Assembly (NCBI GenBank): GCA_963739455.1
Contig: CAVUAK010000001.1
Coordinates: forward strand, 992,001-1,056,000
Length of the DNA stretch: 64,000 nt
Origin: an uncultured Gemmatimonadales bacterium
Lineage (GTDB): Bacteria > Gemmatimonadota > Gemmatimonadetes > Gemmatimonadales > GWC2-71-9
Reading direction: 5' to 3'
Both the position numbers and the translations under genes were made by a program. Of this stretch, positions 22,135 to 33,226 are shown piece after piece. Numbering within the stretch: the stretch's first letter is position 1; every line of letters begins with the position of its first letter. The notes below the pieces were generated by a model. That model was not told where the DNA came from. It saw only the letters and a list, made by a program, of their open reading frames with translations, and did no database searches.

Positions 22135-23264
22135 ATGAAAGTGTGGAGCACAGCGGCCAGTGCTCGTGATCTCGATGGTCGCGGGCGTGACCTTCATGGG
22201 ATGCCGGGCTGAGAAGGCGGCCGACGCCACCGAGAACCAGGCGCCGGTAGTCATCGGGCCGGAGAACATCACGGTGGTCACCGACACGACACTGGTGGAT
22301 GGGCCACCCATCTCGGGCGCGCTGGGTGCCGAGCGGGCGGCTCGTGTCCGCGCCGAGATGGGTGGATCCGTGCTGCAGGTATTCGCAGAGCCGGGACAGG
22401 CCGTGAAGGAGGGCCAGGTCCCTGGCGCAGATCGAGCCCCAGACGGCGCGCGAACAGGCGGCGTTCACCGACGCGCTCGTGCGGAGCCTGCAGAACGACC
22501 TGCGCCTGCAGCAGCGAAATCTCGAGCGCGACAAGCGGCTGGCCGAGGCGGGCGCGGTGTCTGCTCGCGCGGTTGAGGCGGATTCACTCGCGGTATCACA
22601 GGCGGAGGCGTCGCTCGCCGAGGCAAACGCGCGCCAGGTCGTGGCGCGCCGGATCCTGGAGCGCTCGACCGTGCGCGCTCCATTCGCCGGGATCGTCAGC
22701 GATCGCACCATCAGCGTGGGCGATGTCGTGAAGGACGGCACCGAGCTCTTCACCATCCTCGATCCGTCGAGCCTGCGTCTCGAGGGACAGGTGCCGGCCG
22801 ACGCGCTTCGCCGTCTCAAGGTCGGCACCCCGGTGCAGTTCTCCCTCACCGGCTTCCAGGGAGATCGCCTCACCGGACACGTCAGCCGCATCTATCCGTC
22901 GGTGGATCCGGCCACCGGCCAGGTCAAGATCCTGGTCGCGGTGCCGAACCCGCGGCAGGAACTCGTCGTCGGGCTCTTTGCGGAGGGCCGAGTCATCACC
23001 GCCTCCCGCAAGGGACTGACGGTGCCCCAGGCGGCGGTCGACCTGCGTGGTGTGCGTCCGGCGGTGGTACAGCTCAAGGGCGGGCGACTGCAGCGCACCG
23101 AGGTGACCACGGGCCTCGAGGACACGGTGGCCGAGCAGATCGAGATCACCTCGGGCCTGGCGGTGGGCGACACGATCGTGCTGGGCAGCGCGCGCGGCAT
23201 TCCTGACGGCACGCCGGCGCGGGTGCAGGCAGTGGCCGAGCGCGGCACGTCGGCGGCGCGGTAA
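22135..23264 (+). CDS. RND periplasmic adaptor lipoprotein; frameshifts ~22160 and ~22420
   Basis: Lipobox FMGC; EPGQAVKEGQ, VRAPFAGIV, VDPATGQV. Confidence 0.88.
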
Positions 23265-23273
23265 GGGGCAACC

Positions 23274-26200
23274 ATGTTCATCTCTGATTTCGCGATCAAG
23301 CGGCCGGTCATCACGGTCGTGAGCATGCTGGCGCTCGCCGTCGGCGGTGTCATCGCGCTCCTCAAGCTGCAGACCGACGAGTTCCCCGACGTGGCACCGC
23401 CGTTCGTGTCCGTCGCCATTCCCTACCCGGGCGCCGCACCGGAGACGGTGGAGAAGGAGGTGCTGGACCCGGTCGAGGAGGCGATTGCCTCGATCAGCGG
23501 CGTGAAGAAGGTGAACGGGCGCGCCGAAGACGGGTTCGCGTTCATCCTGATCGAGTTCATCTTCGAGAAGCCCGTTTCCGAGGCGACGCAGGACATTCGC
23601 GACGCCATCTCCGGCATCCGGAACGACCTGCCGACCGGAGATGAAAGAGCCGATCATCAAGAAGCTGAACGACACCGATCGCCCGATCGTGTCGCTGGCG
23701 CTCGCTTCGGACAAGCTGTCGCCGGCCGAGCTGACCCGGCTGGCCGATCCCGGGATCACGCGCGAGCTGCGCTCGATTCCCGGTGTGGCCGAGGTGCTCG
23801 TCACCGGCAAGCAGGAGCGCGAGCTGACGGTGGAGCTCAAGCCGGCAGCGCTGCAGGCGTCGGGCGTGAGCGTGTCGCAGGTGGTGCAGGCGCTCGAGGC
23901 ACAGAACCTTGCCGCGCCGGTGGGCCGGGTCACGGGCCTCTACGACGAGCGGTCCATTCGTCTTCGCGGCCGGCTGCTGGGCCCGGCGGATTTCGCGCAA
24001 CTGGTGGTGGCCGAGCGCAACGGGGCGATCATCCGGCTGGGCCAGGTGGCCGACGTGAAGGATGGCACCGAGGAGCAGCGCACGCTCGCGCTGTTCAACG
24101 GCACCGAGTCGGTCGGCATCGACATCAAGAAGACCAAGGGCTACAGCACCACCGACGTGTCGGCCAAGCTGCTCGAGCGCGTGGAGAAGCTGCAGAAGAC
24201 CCTGCCGGCCGGCACCACGATCAACGTGGTGAAGAACTCGGGCGTGCGCGTGGCGGCGGCCGTGCGGAACGTGCAGGAGACGCTCGTCGAGGGCGCCTTC
24301 CTCACGGTGCTGGTCGTGTTCGTGTTCCTCAACTCATGGCGATCCACGGTCATCACCGGCCTGGCGCTGCCGGTGAGCGTGCTCGCCTCGTTCATCGCGG
24401 TGTGGGCGTTCGGCTTCAAGCTCGAGACGATGTCGCTGCTCGGCCTGTCGCTCGCCATCGGCATCCTGATCGACGACGCGATCGTGGTGCGCGAGAACAT
24501 CGTGCGACACGTCGAGATGGGAAAGGATCACTATACGGCGGCGCTCGAGGGCACCGATGAGATCGGACTCGCGGTCGCGGCCACGACGTTCTCCATCCTC
24601 GCCGTGTTCGTGCCCATCGGCTTCATGTCGGGCGTGGGCGGGCAGTGGTTCAAGCCGTTCGCGCTGACGCTGGCGTGCTCGGTGCTCGTGTCGCTCTTCG
24701 TGAGCTTCTCGCTCGACCCGATGCTGTCGGCCTACTGGGCCGATCCGCACGTGCCCGAGGAGAAGAAGGCCTGGATCACCAAGGTGCTCGACCGCTTCAA
24801 TGCCTGGTTCGGGCGGGTGGCCGAGGGCTACAAGGGCGTGATCGGGTGGGCGCTCGACAATCGCGCGGCGATGGTGGTGGTGGCCCTGGGCGCGTTCTTC
24901 GGCGCGTTCACCCTCCCGGCGAAGGGGCTCACCGGCTTCGCGGCCATCGTGGTCGGCATCCTCGCGGTGGTGTGGGCGCTCTCCGGCAAGCGTGCGCTTG
25001 GGGTCAGGATTGCGGTCATCATCGCAGGGATCCTGGCGTCGGTGGGACTGTTCCGGTCGCTGCCGCCGTGGCGCAAGGTGGGCGTCGGGCTTCTTCCCGC
25101 TCGATGACCGGTCGGAGTTCAACGTCTCCATCGAGACGCCGCCGGGATCGAACCTCGCCTACATGCGGGCCAAGGCCGAGGAGGCCGACCGGCTCATCCG
25201 CGCGCGGAAGGATGTGCGCTACACCTACATCACGCTGGGCGATCCGACGTCGAGCGCGGTGGACGTCGGGCAGATCTACGTCCGGCTCGCCCCGAAGGGC
25301 CAGCGCAAGCTCGGCGCGGAGGCCGATCGCCGCAGAGATTCGCGCGCGAGCTGGCGCGCATGGGCGGCGTGAAGATGGCGGTGTTCACGAGCGATTTCGG
25401 CGGCGGGCGGAAGCAGCTGCTGCTGCAGATCAAGGGCCCCGACCTTGCCGCGATCAACGTGGCGGCGGAGCAGGTGCGCGCGGTCGTCGAGCGCACGCCA
25501 GGCGCCGTCGACATCTCGCTGTCCAGCAAGGGCCAGCGCCCTGAGCTGACGGTCGACCTCGATCGCGGCCTGGCCGGCTCACTCGGCCTCACCGTGGGCC
25601 AGGTGGCGCAGTCGCTGCGACCGGCCTTCGCCGGCATCGACGCCGGCGACTGGGTCGACCCGAGCGGCGAGACGCGCGACGTGATGGTCCGCCTTGCGCC
25701 GGAGGCGCGGCAGCGCGCCGAGGATCTGCGGCAGCTGCCCATCATGGTGCCGGGAAGCACCACCGCCGCGCCGCGCACGGTGCCGCTCGGGCAGGTGGTG
25801 CGACGTGCGGTCTGACCTCGGCCCGGCGGTCATCAACCACCTCGATCGCGACCTGGTGGTCAACGTCGAGTGGAACGTGCAGACCGCTCCACCGGCGAGG
25901 TGATGACCGACGTCATGCGCGAGGTGACGAAGCTGCAGCTGCCTCCCGGCGTCACCTACTCGCAGGGTGGCGACGCCGAGTCGCAGGCGGAGGTGTTCGG
26001 CAACATCTTCCTCGCGCTCGGCGTGGCGGTGCTGCTGATGTACCTCATCCTGGTCATGCAGTTCGGGTCCTTCCTCGATCCGATGGCGATCCTCATGTCG
26101 CTGCCGCTGTCGCTCATCGGCGTGATGCTGGCGCTCGCGGTCACCGGGCTCACGATCAACATCATGAGCCTGATCGGCGTCATCCTGCTCATGGGCATCG

Positions 26201-26574
26201 TGGCGAAGAACGCGATCCTGCTGGTGGACTTCGCGAAGTGGAGCCACGAGAAGGGCAACTCCATCCGCGACGCGCTCATCGAGGCCGGCGCGATCCGGCT
26301 GCGGCCGATCCTCATGACGACGTTCGCGCTCATCGCCGGCATGATCCCGGTGGCGATCGCGCGGGGCGAGGGCGCGCAGTTCCGCCAGCCGCTCGGCGTG
26401 GCCGTCATTGGCGGCGTGCTGACGTCCACGCTGCTTACGCTGCTCGTGATTCCGACGGTCTACGAGATCTTCTATGACTGGAAGGAAGCGCTGATGCACC
26501 GGTTCGGTCGCAAGCGGCACGCGTCACTGACACCGGCCGGCGCGGGAGTTACGCCGGGCGCGGAGCAGCACTAG
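23274..26574 (+). CDS. RND efflux permease; frameshifts ~23635, ~25090, ~25325, ~25800, ~25880
   Basis: MFISDFAIKRPV, GILIDDAIVVRENIVRH, GIVAKNAILLVDFA, RLRPILMTT. Confidence 0.92.
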
Positions 26575-27395
26575 CACCTGGCCGGAGGGTCCACCACCAG
26601 AGGAACGCCTCCGGCGGCCACGAGCGCGATGCACATGTACTGCGAGTGAGACAGGAGCCCCGATGCACCTCCCGCATCGGGGTCGCGCAGGAACTCCACC
26701 ACGAATCGCTGCGCACCGTAGAGAACGCAGAACAGCGCGGTCGTGCGTCCCACCTGTTCGCGATGTCGGTGCCAGTACCAGCTGGTGACGAGGAATACCA
26801 GGAACGCGGTAGCAGCCATCAGCAGCGTGTTGGGGTGCACCGGCAGCGACCACTGGTCGGTGGGCTGCACCAGGCCCCGCTTCACGTGCGCGGACCACGC
26901 CATGCTTCCCTGCGGGTACCGGATACCCCAGGGCCATGCGGTGACCCGCCCGAAGTCGTCGCCGGTTATCCAGCAGTTCACGCGGCCGATCGCGTCTCCC
27001 AGCTCCCGCCACGCTGGTCCCGATGTCGATCAGGCGCAGTGGTCGCAGCTTTCGCCAGAGCGCGTAGCCGCTCAAGCCGAGGGCGGCGCCGAGGTATGCG
27101 CCCCAGGAGGCGGTGCCCCTCGACCAGTCCAGCAGCTCCGTGAAGCTCATCTCCCAGAAGCGCGTGCGCGTGACGAGATAGAACAGGCGGGTGCCGAGCA
27201 GCGCCCCGATCATCGCGGCAAGGAGCGCCTCGAGCGCGGCATGTCCACCGTAAGCCCCGAACGGGCAGCTCGCCGCGTGAAGAGTGCGCCGCACGCCAGC
27301 ACCGTGACCGCGTAGAGCAGGCCCGGCCTGGGCACCAGGAGGGCGAGCCAGGGAAGGGGACCATCCCGGAACCACGCGACGACAGCGGGATACAT
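26571..27395 (-). CDS. Divergent prolipoprotein diacylglyceryl transferase (Lgt family); frameshifts ~27245 and ~27005
   Basis: GALLGTRLFY, GRVNCWITGDDFG, PWGIRYP, LPVHP, YGAQRFVVEFLRD. Confidence 0.8.
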
Positions 27396-27492
27396 CAGCA
27401 AACCGCCTTTGGGGTGCTCGGTGAGAATACCTGGGGCGAGACCGCTGCTAGACGGGAAACAGCGCTCCGTCTTACTCCTCAAGGGGGGAACC

Positions 27493-27648
27493 ATGCGTAT
27501 CGAATCCACGAAGTCCAGCCAGTCGCTGTTGCTCTTCCTCTGCTTCCTCGGCCTCAGCCTCTTCACTGGCGCCTGCAGCTCATCGAGCGATGAATGTGGC
27601 AGCGGGTACCACCTCGAGGAGGGTAGCTACGTTCCCGATCGGGACTGA
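27493..27648 (+). CDS. 51-aa small lipoprotein
   Basis: AAGGGGGG RBS; hydrophobic signal with lipobox TGAC; mature CSSSSDECGSGYHLEEGSYVPDRD. Confidence 0.65.
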   Translation: MRIESTKSSQSLLLFLCFLGLSLFTGACSSSSDECGSGYHLEEGSYVPDRD

Positions 27649-27660
27649 TCTCCAGCGACG

Positions 27661-28380
27661 TCAGGGTCGGGACCGAAGGACGGTGGCGGGGTCGTTGGTC
27701 ACGATCCCGTTCACGCCGCGCGCCCACAGATGCTGCGCGAGGACTGGATCATCGACTGTCCATACGTGCACGCTCGCGCCGAGCGCGTGAGCGTTCGCCA
27801 CGAACGCGCGCGTGGGGACCGGCAGCACGCCGCGATGCCGCCAGGGAACACTGTAGGCGGTACACCGCAGGTCGGGGACGCCGCGAAGTGGCGCCAGCCA
27901 GAGACGCAGGATGTCCCGCGCCGACGCTCCCACCAGGAACGGCGGCTGCCGGAACGCATCGAGTGCCTCGTCGTGCGCTGAGGCCACGACGACACGCTCA
28001 GCGGCGTTCACCTTGAGCAGCACGCCGGCGATCGCCTCCTGAGCCGCGGGCTCCTTCACCTCGAGCAGGATGGGCAGCGTGATCTCGCGCAGCACCCGCT
28101 CCAGGCTTGGTACCCCGATCGTGTTACCAACACGAATATCGGCCAGTTCCTCCGCGGTTCGGGAGGCAACGGGGCCGCGCGCGGTCGTGGTGCGGTCGAG
28201 CGTCGCGTCGTGGATCACGACAGGAGCGCCGTCCCGTGCCAGGCGCACATCCAGTTCGATGGCATCGGCGCCCACCTCCATGGCCCGCCTGAACGCTGCC
28301 ATTGTGTTCTCCGGCTGCTCGGCGGAGGCGCCGCGATGCGCAATGACGAGCCGGGCGGCTGGGTCGATGAGGGGGTTCAG
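27661..28380 (-). CDS. Glycerophosphodiester phosphodiesterase family protein (start uncertain)
   Basis: VIAHRGASAEQPENTMAAF, IELDVRL..VVIHDATLDRTT, VHVWTVDD, GVNGIVTNDP. Confidence 0.92.
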   Translation of the reverse strand: MNPLIDPAARLVIAHRGASAEQPENTMAAFRRAMEVGADAIELDVRLARDGAPVVIHDATLDRTTTARGPVASRTAEELADIRVGNTIGVPSLERVLREITLPILLEVKEPAAQEAIAGVLLKVNAAERVVVASAHDEALDAFRQPPFLVGASARDILRLWLAPLRGVPDLRCTAYSVPWRHRGVLPVPTRAFVANAHALGASVHVWTVDDPVLAQHLWARGVNGIVTNDPATVLRSRP

Positions 28381-29351
28381 AAGCCCGCAGCGGCTCCGTA
28401 GCGGCGCACGATGTCCGCCGCAGACTCGATGTCACCGATGCCATCGACGCTCTTCCCCGCCTGCCAGTAGTCGCTCGACGAGCCACCGTGCAACGACGCC
28501 TGCTTGAGGCGCATCGCGGAGCGCACGGCGTAGATCGTTCGCATGAGGTGCTTGGTGCGCCGGCCCTTGAGCATCATCCGCGCAACCGGCCCCGCTCGCG
28601 TGCCGATGCGCTGCACATACGGCGTGTTGATCACGGCCAGCGGAACGCCGGTGACCCGCTCGGTCAGCACGATGTCGTCACTGGTGGCCTGGATGAGCGC
28701 GTCCTTGTAGCTCCGGTGCGCGGTGCATTCCGTCGTTGCGATGAACCGCGTGCCGAGTTGCACGCCATCATATCCCAGTGCAAGCAGTCGGGCGAATTCG
28801 CGCTCGTCGCCGACGCCGCCTGCGGCGACGACGGGGCGTCCCAGCGGTCGCAGGGTGTCGAGCAGTACTTCGGCAGGCAGCCGTCCCGCATGCCCACCGG
28901 CCCGGCTGTTCACGGCGATCAGGCCATCGGCACCGTTGTCGAGCGCCTTCCGCGCCCACTTCTCCTCGGTGACGTCGTGATAAACATGCCCACCTGCGGC
29001 GTGGGCCAGTTCAGTGACCCAGCGTGGGTTGCCGAGCGAGGTGACGAAGAAACGGACCCCGCCCTCGATCGACTGCTCCACCCATTCGCGCATGCGCCGC
29101 ATGTAGAGCTTCGATGAAGTCTCGAGGATGACGTTCATGCCCACCGGCCTCGAGGTGAGCGAGCGGATCAGGGCCATCCCTTTCTTGAAGTCGTGGCCAT
29201 GCACGTACACCAGCGACATCGGCTGCACGATGCCGATCCCGCCCGCTTCCGATACCGCGGCCACGAGCTCGGGGTTGCTGCAGGGGTACATCGCTCCGCA
29301 GATGAGCGGGATGCGTATCGACGCGTCACGCGTGAGCGCGGTCTCAGGCAT
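28377..29351 (-). CDS. Nitronate monooxygenase / FabK-like flavin oxidoreductase
   Basis: [48 protein letters not shown]. Confidence 0.9.
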   Translation of the reverse strand: MPETALTRDASIRIPLICGAMYPCSNPELVAAVSEAGGIGIVQPMSLVYVHGHDFKKGMALIRSLTSRPVGMNVILETSSKLYMRRMREWVEQSIEGGVRFFVTSLGNPRWVTELAHAAGGHVYHDVTEEKWARKALDNGADGLIAVNSRAGGHAGRLPAEVLLDTLRPLGRPVVAAGGVGDEREFARLLALGYDGVQLGTRFIATTECTAHRSYKDALIQATSDDIVLTERVTGVPLAVINTPYVQRIGTRAGPVARMMLKGRRTKHLMRTIYAVRSAMRLKQASLHGGSSSDYWQAGKSVDGIGDIESAADIVRRYGAAAGF

Positions 29352-29839
29352 GGGGCGATGGCTGGGCGGGCCGGATGAGCCAGCGCACCTCGGCGCGGGC
29401 AACCACCTCGGTGGCCGACGTTCATGACGTTGGCAATCAGCGTCACTGTCTCCTCGATGCCCGACGGCGCAGGACAGCGGCATTCTGCCGTGAGCGTGCC
29501 ACGCGCCTTCTTCAGGTATTCGATACCGAGGTGAGTCACGATGCCACGTGCATTCTCCGGCAGGCTGGTGAGCATCGCGAGGCCACTCGTCACTTCGGCC
29601 AGGTTGGCGAGCGCCACGGCGTGCACCGAGCCGAGGTGGTTGCGCACCCCGCGACGGTCGCGAAGCATGACGCGGGCATAACCGGGCTCGAGCTCCTGCA
29701 CCCTCGCCCCGAGCGCACCGGTGTAGGGCACCATGCGTCCGAGCATGAGGCTGAACAGGAAGCGCCCGCCGGGGAGCGGTGCGAGGCGACGCCATGCGTC
29801 GCGGAGGCGGCGGCCGGGCGCCGGGAGGGTGCGTGGCAT
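29344..29839 (-). CDS. Hotdog-fold thioesterase (PaaI/DUF4442-like); frameshift ~29415
   Basis: [34 protein letters not shown]. Confidence 0.85.
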
Positions 29840-29923
29840 TGAGTGGCTGCCGGAGTGTAGGTGCGGGTCCCGGGCAGCGTCAACGCGACAGTACATTGCA
29901 GGTGACTTGGGACTGGGGGTGTG

Positions 29924-30560
29924 ATGTCGATCGCAGATCTGCGCAGGGAGTACCGGCTGGCCAGCCTCGACGTGCCGGACGTGGACAAGGATCCGGTGGC
30001 CGAATTCGGAAAGTGGCTGGAGCAGGCGCGGCGCGCCGAGATCCTGGAGCCGCATGCCATGACGCTGGCCACCGCCTCGGCGGACGGCGTGCCGTCGGCG
30101 CGGATCGTGCTTCTTCGGGGCTATGACGCGAGCGGCTTCACCTTCTTCACTGACTATCGCAGCCGGAAGGGCCGCGAGCTGGCCGACAATCCGCGCGCGG
30201 CACTGGTATTCCACTGGCCCGACCTGGAACGCCAGGTGCGGATCAGCGGTACGGTGCGGAAGGTGACGCGCCAGGAGTCCGCGACCTATTTCCACTCTCG
30301 TCCCGGGGGCAGCCAGGTCGGTGCCTGGGCATCGCACCAGAGTTCAGTGCTTGGGAGCCGTCAGGTGCTGGAGGATGCTGTGCGCGAGGTGACAAACCGG
30401 TATCGCAGCTGGTGAGGTACCGCTACCCGACTACTGGGGAGGCTACCGGGTCATGCCGGCGGAATTCGAGTTCTGGCAAGGTCGGGAGAGCCGCCTGCAC
30501 GACCGGCTGCGCTATCGCCGCACCGGCGATGCATGGCACATCGAGCGCCTCTCTCCCTGA
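29924..30560 (+). CDS. pdxH: Pyridoxamine 5'-phosphate oxidase; frameshift ~30404
   Basis: [50 protein letters not shown]. Confidence 0.95.
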
Positions 30561-30570
30561 GCGACGCGCC

Positions 30571-31128
30571 TCAGGCCCACGACACTTCGTAGCGGCAAAC
30601 CGCAGCGCCTCGCGCCCGGCACTCCGCTTCTCGCACCTTCACGTCCGTGGCGCCACACAGCTCGAGCGCTCTTCGGTACCATCCCACCACGGTGCGGCAG
30701 TCATTCGCGTTTACGTCCGGCGCCTCGAACGTCGTCAGCACGCCGCTCTTGTCGCCGGTCCTTTCATAGCTGCGGCGGCCAGTCTCGTAGTACATCGCGT
30801 AGATCTGTGGGGCCTTCTCCAGGAACACATGCGGCTCTCCCGGCGCCAGGTAGCCCGAGTGCACGCCGCCCAGGTTGCGATCGGCCGATGCCGCGCCGAG
30901 ACGCTCGAAGACCTCCGCCCCGCCATCGCCGAGCTCGCTTACAATGGCGGCATCGAGCGCGTGGCCCAGCCCGACAGGATACCAGTTGGAGGTGAACAGC
31001 ATGCGCAGGGTGCGCTGGTGATCCGCCGGCATCCGGGCAAGCACGCGCGCCACTCCCTCCTTGCCCGCCGTGTCTTCCACGAACCCGAGCCGCGACTTGA
31101 GCACCGCTCCCTTGATCTGCTGTGACAT
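30571..31128 (-). CDS. Uncharacterised TIGR02265/DUF2378-like protein with a V4R-like C-terminus
   Basis: QIKGAVL, WYP, YYETG, GWYRRALELCGA, C..RG...CRYEVSW. Confidence 0.7.
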   Translation of the reverse strand: MSQQIKGAVLKSRLGFVEDTAGKEGVARVLARMPADHQRTLRMLFTSNWYPVGLGHALDAAIVSELGDGGAEVFERLGAASADRNLGGVHSGYLAPGEPHVFLEKAPQIYAMYYETGRRSYERTGDKSGVLTTFEAPDVNANDCRTVVGWYRRALELCGATDVKVREAECRARGAAVCRYEVSWA

Positions 31129-31136
31129 TCCACTCC

Positions 31137-31661
31137 TCAGTGACTGGTGGGCACGAATGCGCCCCGCCCCGGCAACGCGGGTTCAAATCGCAACCGTCGG
31201 TCGTCGACCGGCGCGTCAGGCGCCGCCGCCGAAGGGGCTCGCACTCCCGCCAGTGGGTCGCCGGTCAGCGGCGTGAGGGAGAACTGGGCGCGACCCCATG
31301 CCGCCGCATAGATGAGGGTGATGGTCCACAGGCCGGGCACCCCCGCCCGGCTCTCTGTTTCCAGCTGGTACTCGAGCAGGGTCGAGTCGACCACGAAGCC
31401 GCTCGCATCCTGTACCACGAGCAGGCCGTACCCATGGGGAAGGAACGACTGGTGGATGAGGGTCATCCGCTCCATCGGGTTGTTCCACGTGTACGAGACG
31501 CGGTCGCTCACGTTCTGCAGATCCGAGGCGATATAGGCGAACGAATCGCCGACCACGGTGACGGTCTCCTGGTTCTGCGGCTGGATCACGTTGATGACGG
31601 AATCGGCGCAGCCGGTCGTGGCGGCCACGGTGAGCAGGAGCAACTGGGGGAAGTGGCGCAT
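31137..31661 (-). CDS. Hypothetical lipoprotein
   Basis: Lipobox TTGC; beta-rich mature region; GGAGG RBS. Confidence 0.7.
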   Translation of the reverse strand: MRHFPQLLLLTVAATTGCADSVINVIQPQNQETVTVVGDSFAYIASDLQNVSDRVSYTWNNPMERMTLIHQSFLPHGYGLLVVQDASGFVVDSTLLEYQLETESRAGVPGLWTITLIYAAAWGRAQFSLTPLTGDPLAGVRAPSAAAPDAPVDDRRLRFEPALPGRGAFVPTSH

Positions 31662-31663
31662 GG

Positions 31664-33202
31664 CTAGTCCCTCCACTGCGGGATGGAGGTGGTCAGGTAC
31701 AGGCGGAACTCGCTGTTGTCCCGGGCGACGTTCGTCCGGCCGTAGTAGTTGCTCCAGCGCCAGAGCATGTTGAAGTCGGCACCAAGCCCGACGCGCCCGC
31801 GCCAGTAGATCCGCCCCGTGGCCCCCGTGAACAGCAGCTGGTGATCACCCGGAAATCCGCTGATGATGGGGAGGAACACGTAGCGCGAGTACACACTGAG
31901 CAAGGCCAGGCCGGGCCACGTGACGGCCACATTGCCCAGCCCGCCCAGCCCGATGCCATAGTCATAGTCGCGACCTTCCTGTGTCAGGTAGTAGTCGGAC
32001 TGTACCGCCGCTACCGGCATGAACTGCCCCAGGAGCTCCGCCCGGATCCTCGGGCCCCTGGTGGGGCGGCGTCCCAGCATGGGGCCGAAGTAGAAGCCCT
32101 GGCCACCGAATTCAATGATCGGGTTTGCGATGTAGTCGTAGGTCATGAGGGCGGCCAAGTGATTGAGGTCTCCGCTCCCCATGGGCTTCGCACCGAGGCT
32201 GCCACGCACCTGGAGCGAGGCGAGCCGACCGGCGGTTCCGTTGTTCGTGGCCCAGGTCATCTCTGCGCGAAAGTACGAGAACGGCTTCTTCCTGAGGTCG
32301 AGGAGCGGATCACCATAGATGACCTGACCCGTCACAAAGGCACCATCGATGATCTCGTCGGCAACCTCGCCGGTCACCCTGAGCCGGCGATACCCGACGT
32401 CGACCGAGCCGAAGATGGTCGACTGCCGCCACTCCGGCGGTGTCCGCGAGATCTGCCATGCCTCGCCCCGCACGACCCGGTTGAAGCCGCGCACCGGGTT
32501 GAGCAGTCCGGCCGTCACCTCACGCACGACGCGCTCGAACCCATGACTCTCGTTCTTGAGCGTGAGGGACGACACACGGAAGAGCACTTCACCGAGGGTG
32601 ATGCCGCCGAGCGTCGTGTTGAGCAGGTCGTTGGGCGCCGGTGCCCACACCTCCCCGAACAGCTCCCATGTGAGGCTGCCGGCGAACGCCCACGGTGCCG
32701 ACTGCCAGAAGTTGTATCCGTTGGTGCGCGCGGCGTTGAAGTACATCGCGCCATGGTAGGGATGGGAAAACTGGTTGTTCTTGAAGGCGTTGTTGTCCCA
32801 CTGCCAGGGGAGCGTGAGGTTGTTGCCCCAGCTCTTGAAGGAGACCTTCGCCCACTCCGCATTGCTGGTGATCTGGCTGAAGGCGTTCGGGATTACCTGC
32901 AACGCCAGGATTTCGGCGGCCGCGACCCAGAAGTGCTTCTTCGGGTTGCACTGGGGACAGGGGAGCGAATCCGGGTCTATGAGGTGCGGCATCGCGGCGG
33001 TCGGAACAGCCGGCTCCGTGAAGCGCAGGTGCGGTGCCTCGGTCGTGAGTCCGATGACGACCAGGCTGTCCGTGGCCCGCGGTCCCTGTGCCATGGCCGG
33101 CTCGACGAGCACCGAGGACATGGCGACCGCCGCGGCGATGGCGACGCGAATGGCTGACACATGGATCCTGTCGAGAGGGATGCTGACGACAGGAAGTATC
33201 AT
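31664..33202 (-). CDS. DUF3943-domain exported/outer-membrane protein (start may lie downstream)
   Basis: WQWDNNAFKNNQFSHPYHGAMYFNAARTNG, GSLTWE..PAPNDLLNT..GE; amphipathic beta-rich C-terminus. Confidence 0.8.
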   Translation of the reverse strand: MILPVVSIPLDRIHVSAIRVAIAAAVAMSSVLVEPAMAQGPRATDSLVVIGLTTEAPHLRFTEPAVPTAAMPHLIDPDSLPCPQCNPKKHFWVAAAEILALQVIPNAFSQITSNAEWAKVSFKSWGNNLTLPWQWDNNAFKNNQFSHPYHGAMYFNAARTNGYNFWQSAPWAFAGSLTWELFGEVWAPAPNDLLNTTLGGITLGEVLFRVSSLTLKNESHGFERVVREVTAGLLNPVRGFNRVVRGEAWQISRTPPEWRQSTIFGSVDVGYRRLRVTGEVADEIIDGAFVTGQVIYGDPLLDLRKKPFSYFRAEMTWATNNGTAGRLASLQVRGSLGAKPMGSGDLNHLAALMTYDYIANPIIEFGGQGFYFGPMLGRRPTRGPRIRAELLGQFMPVAAVQSDYYLTQEGRDYDYGIGLGGLGNVAVTWPGLALLSVYSRYVFLPIISGFPGDHQLLFTGATGRIYWRGRVGLGADFNMLWRWSNYYGRTNVARDNSEFRLYLTTSIPQWRD

Positions 33203-33226
33203 CCGCGCACGCGGCGCGGTCCAGCC

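Noticed and set aside
23274..26574. Programmed frameshifting or pseudogene in the RND permease
   Set aside because: No slippery heptamers recognised, motifs are intact, and the same indel pattern occurs across the window
30400..30420. TGA in pdxH as selenocysteine or readthrough
   Set aside because: The conserved C-terminus continues in a different frame, so this is an indel, not recoding
31175..31195. tRNA T-loop-like GGTTCAAATC
   Set aside because: No proper T-stem or cloverleaf, and it lies within a CDS
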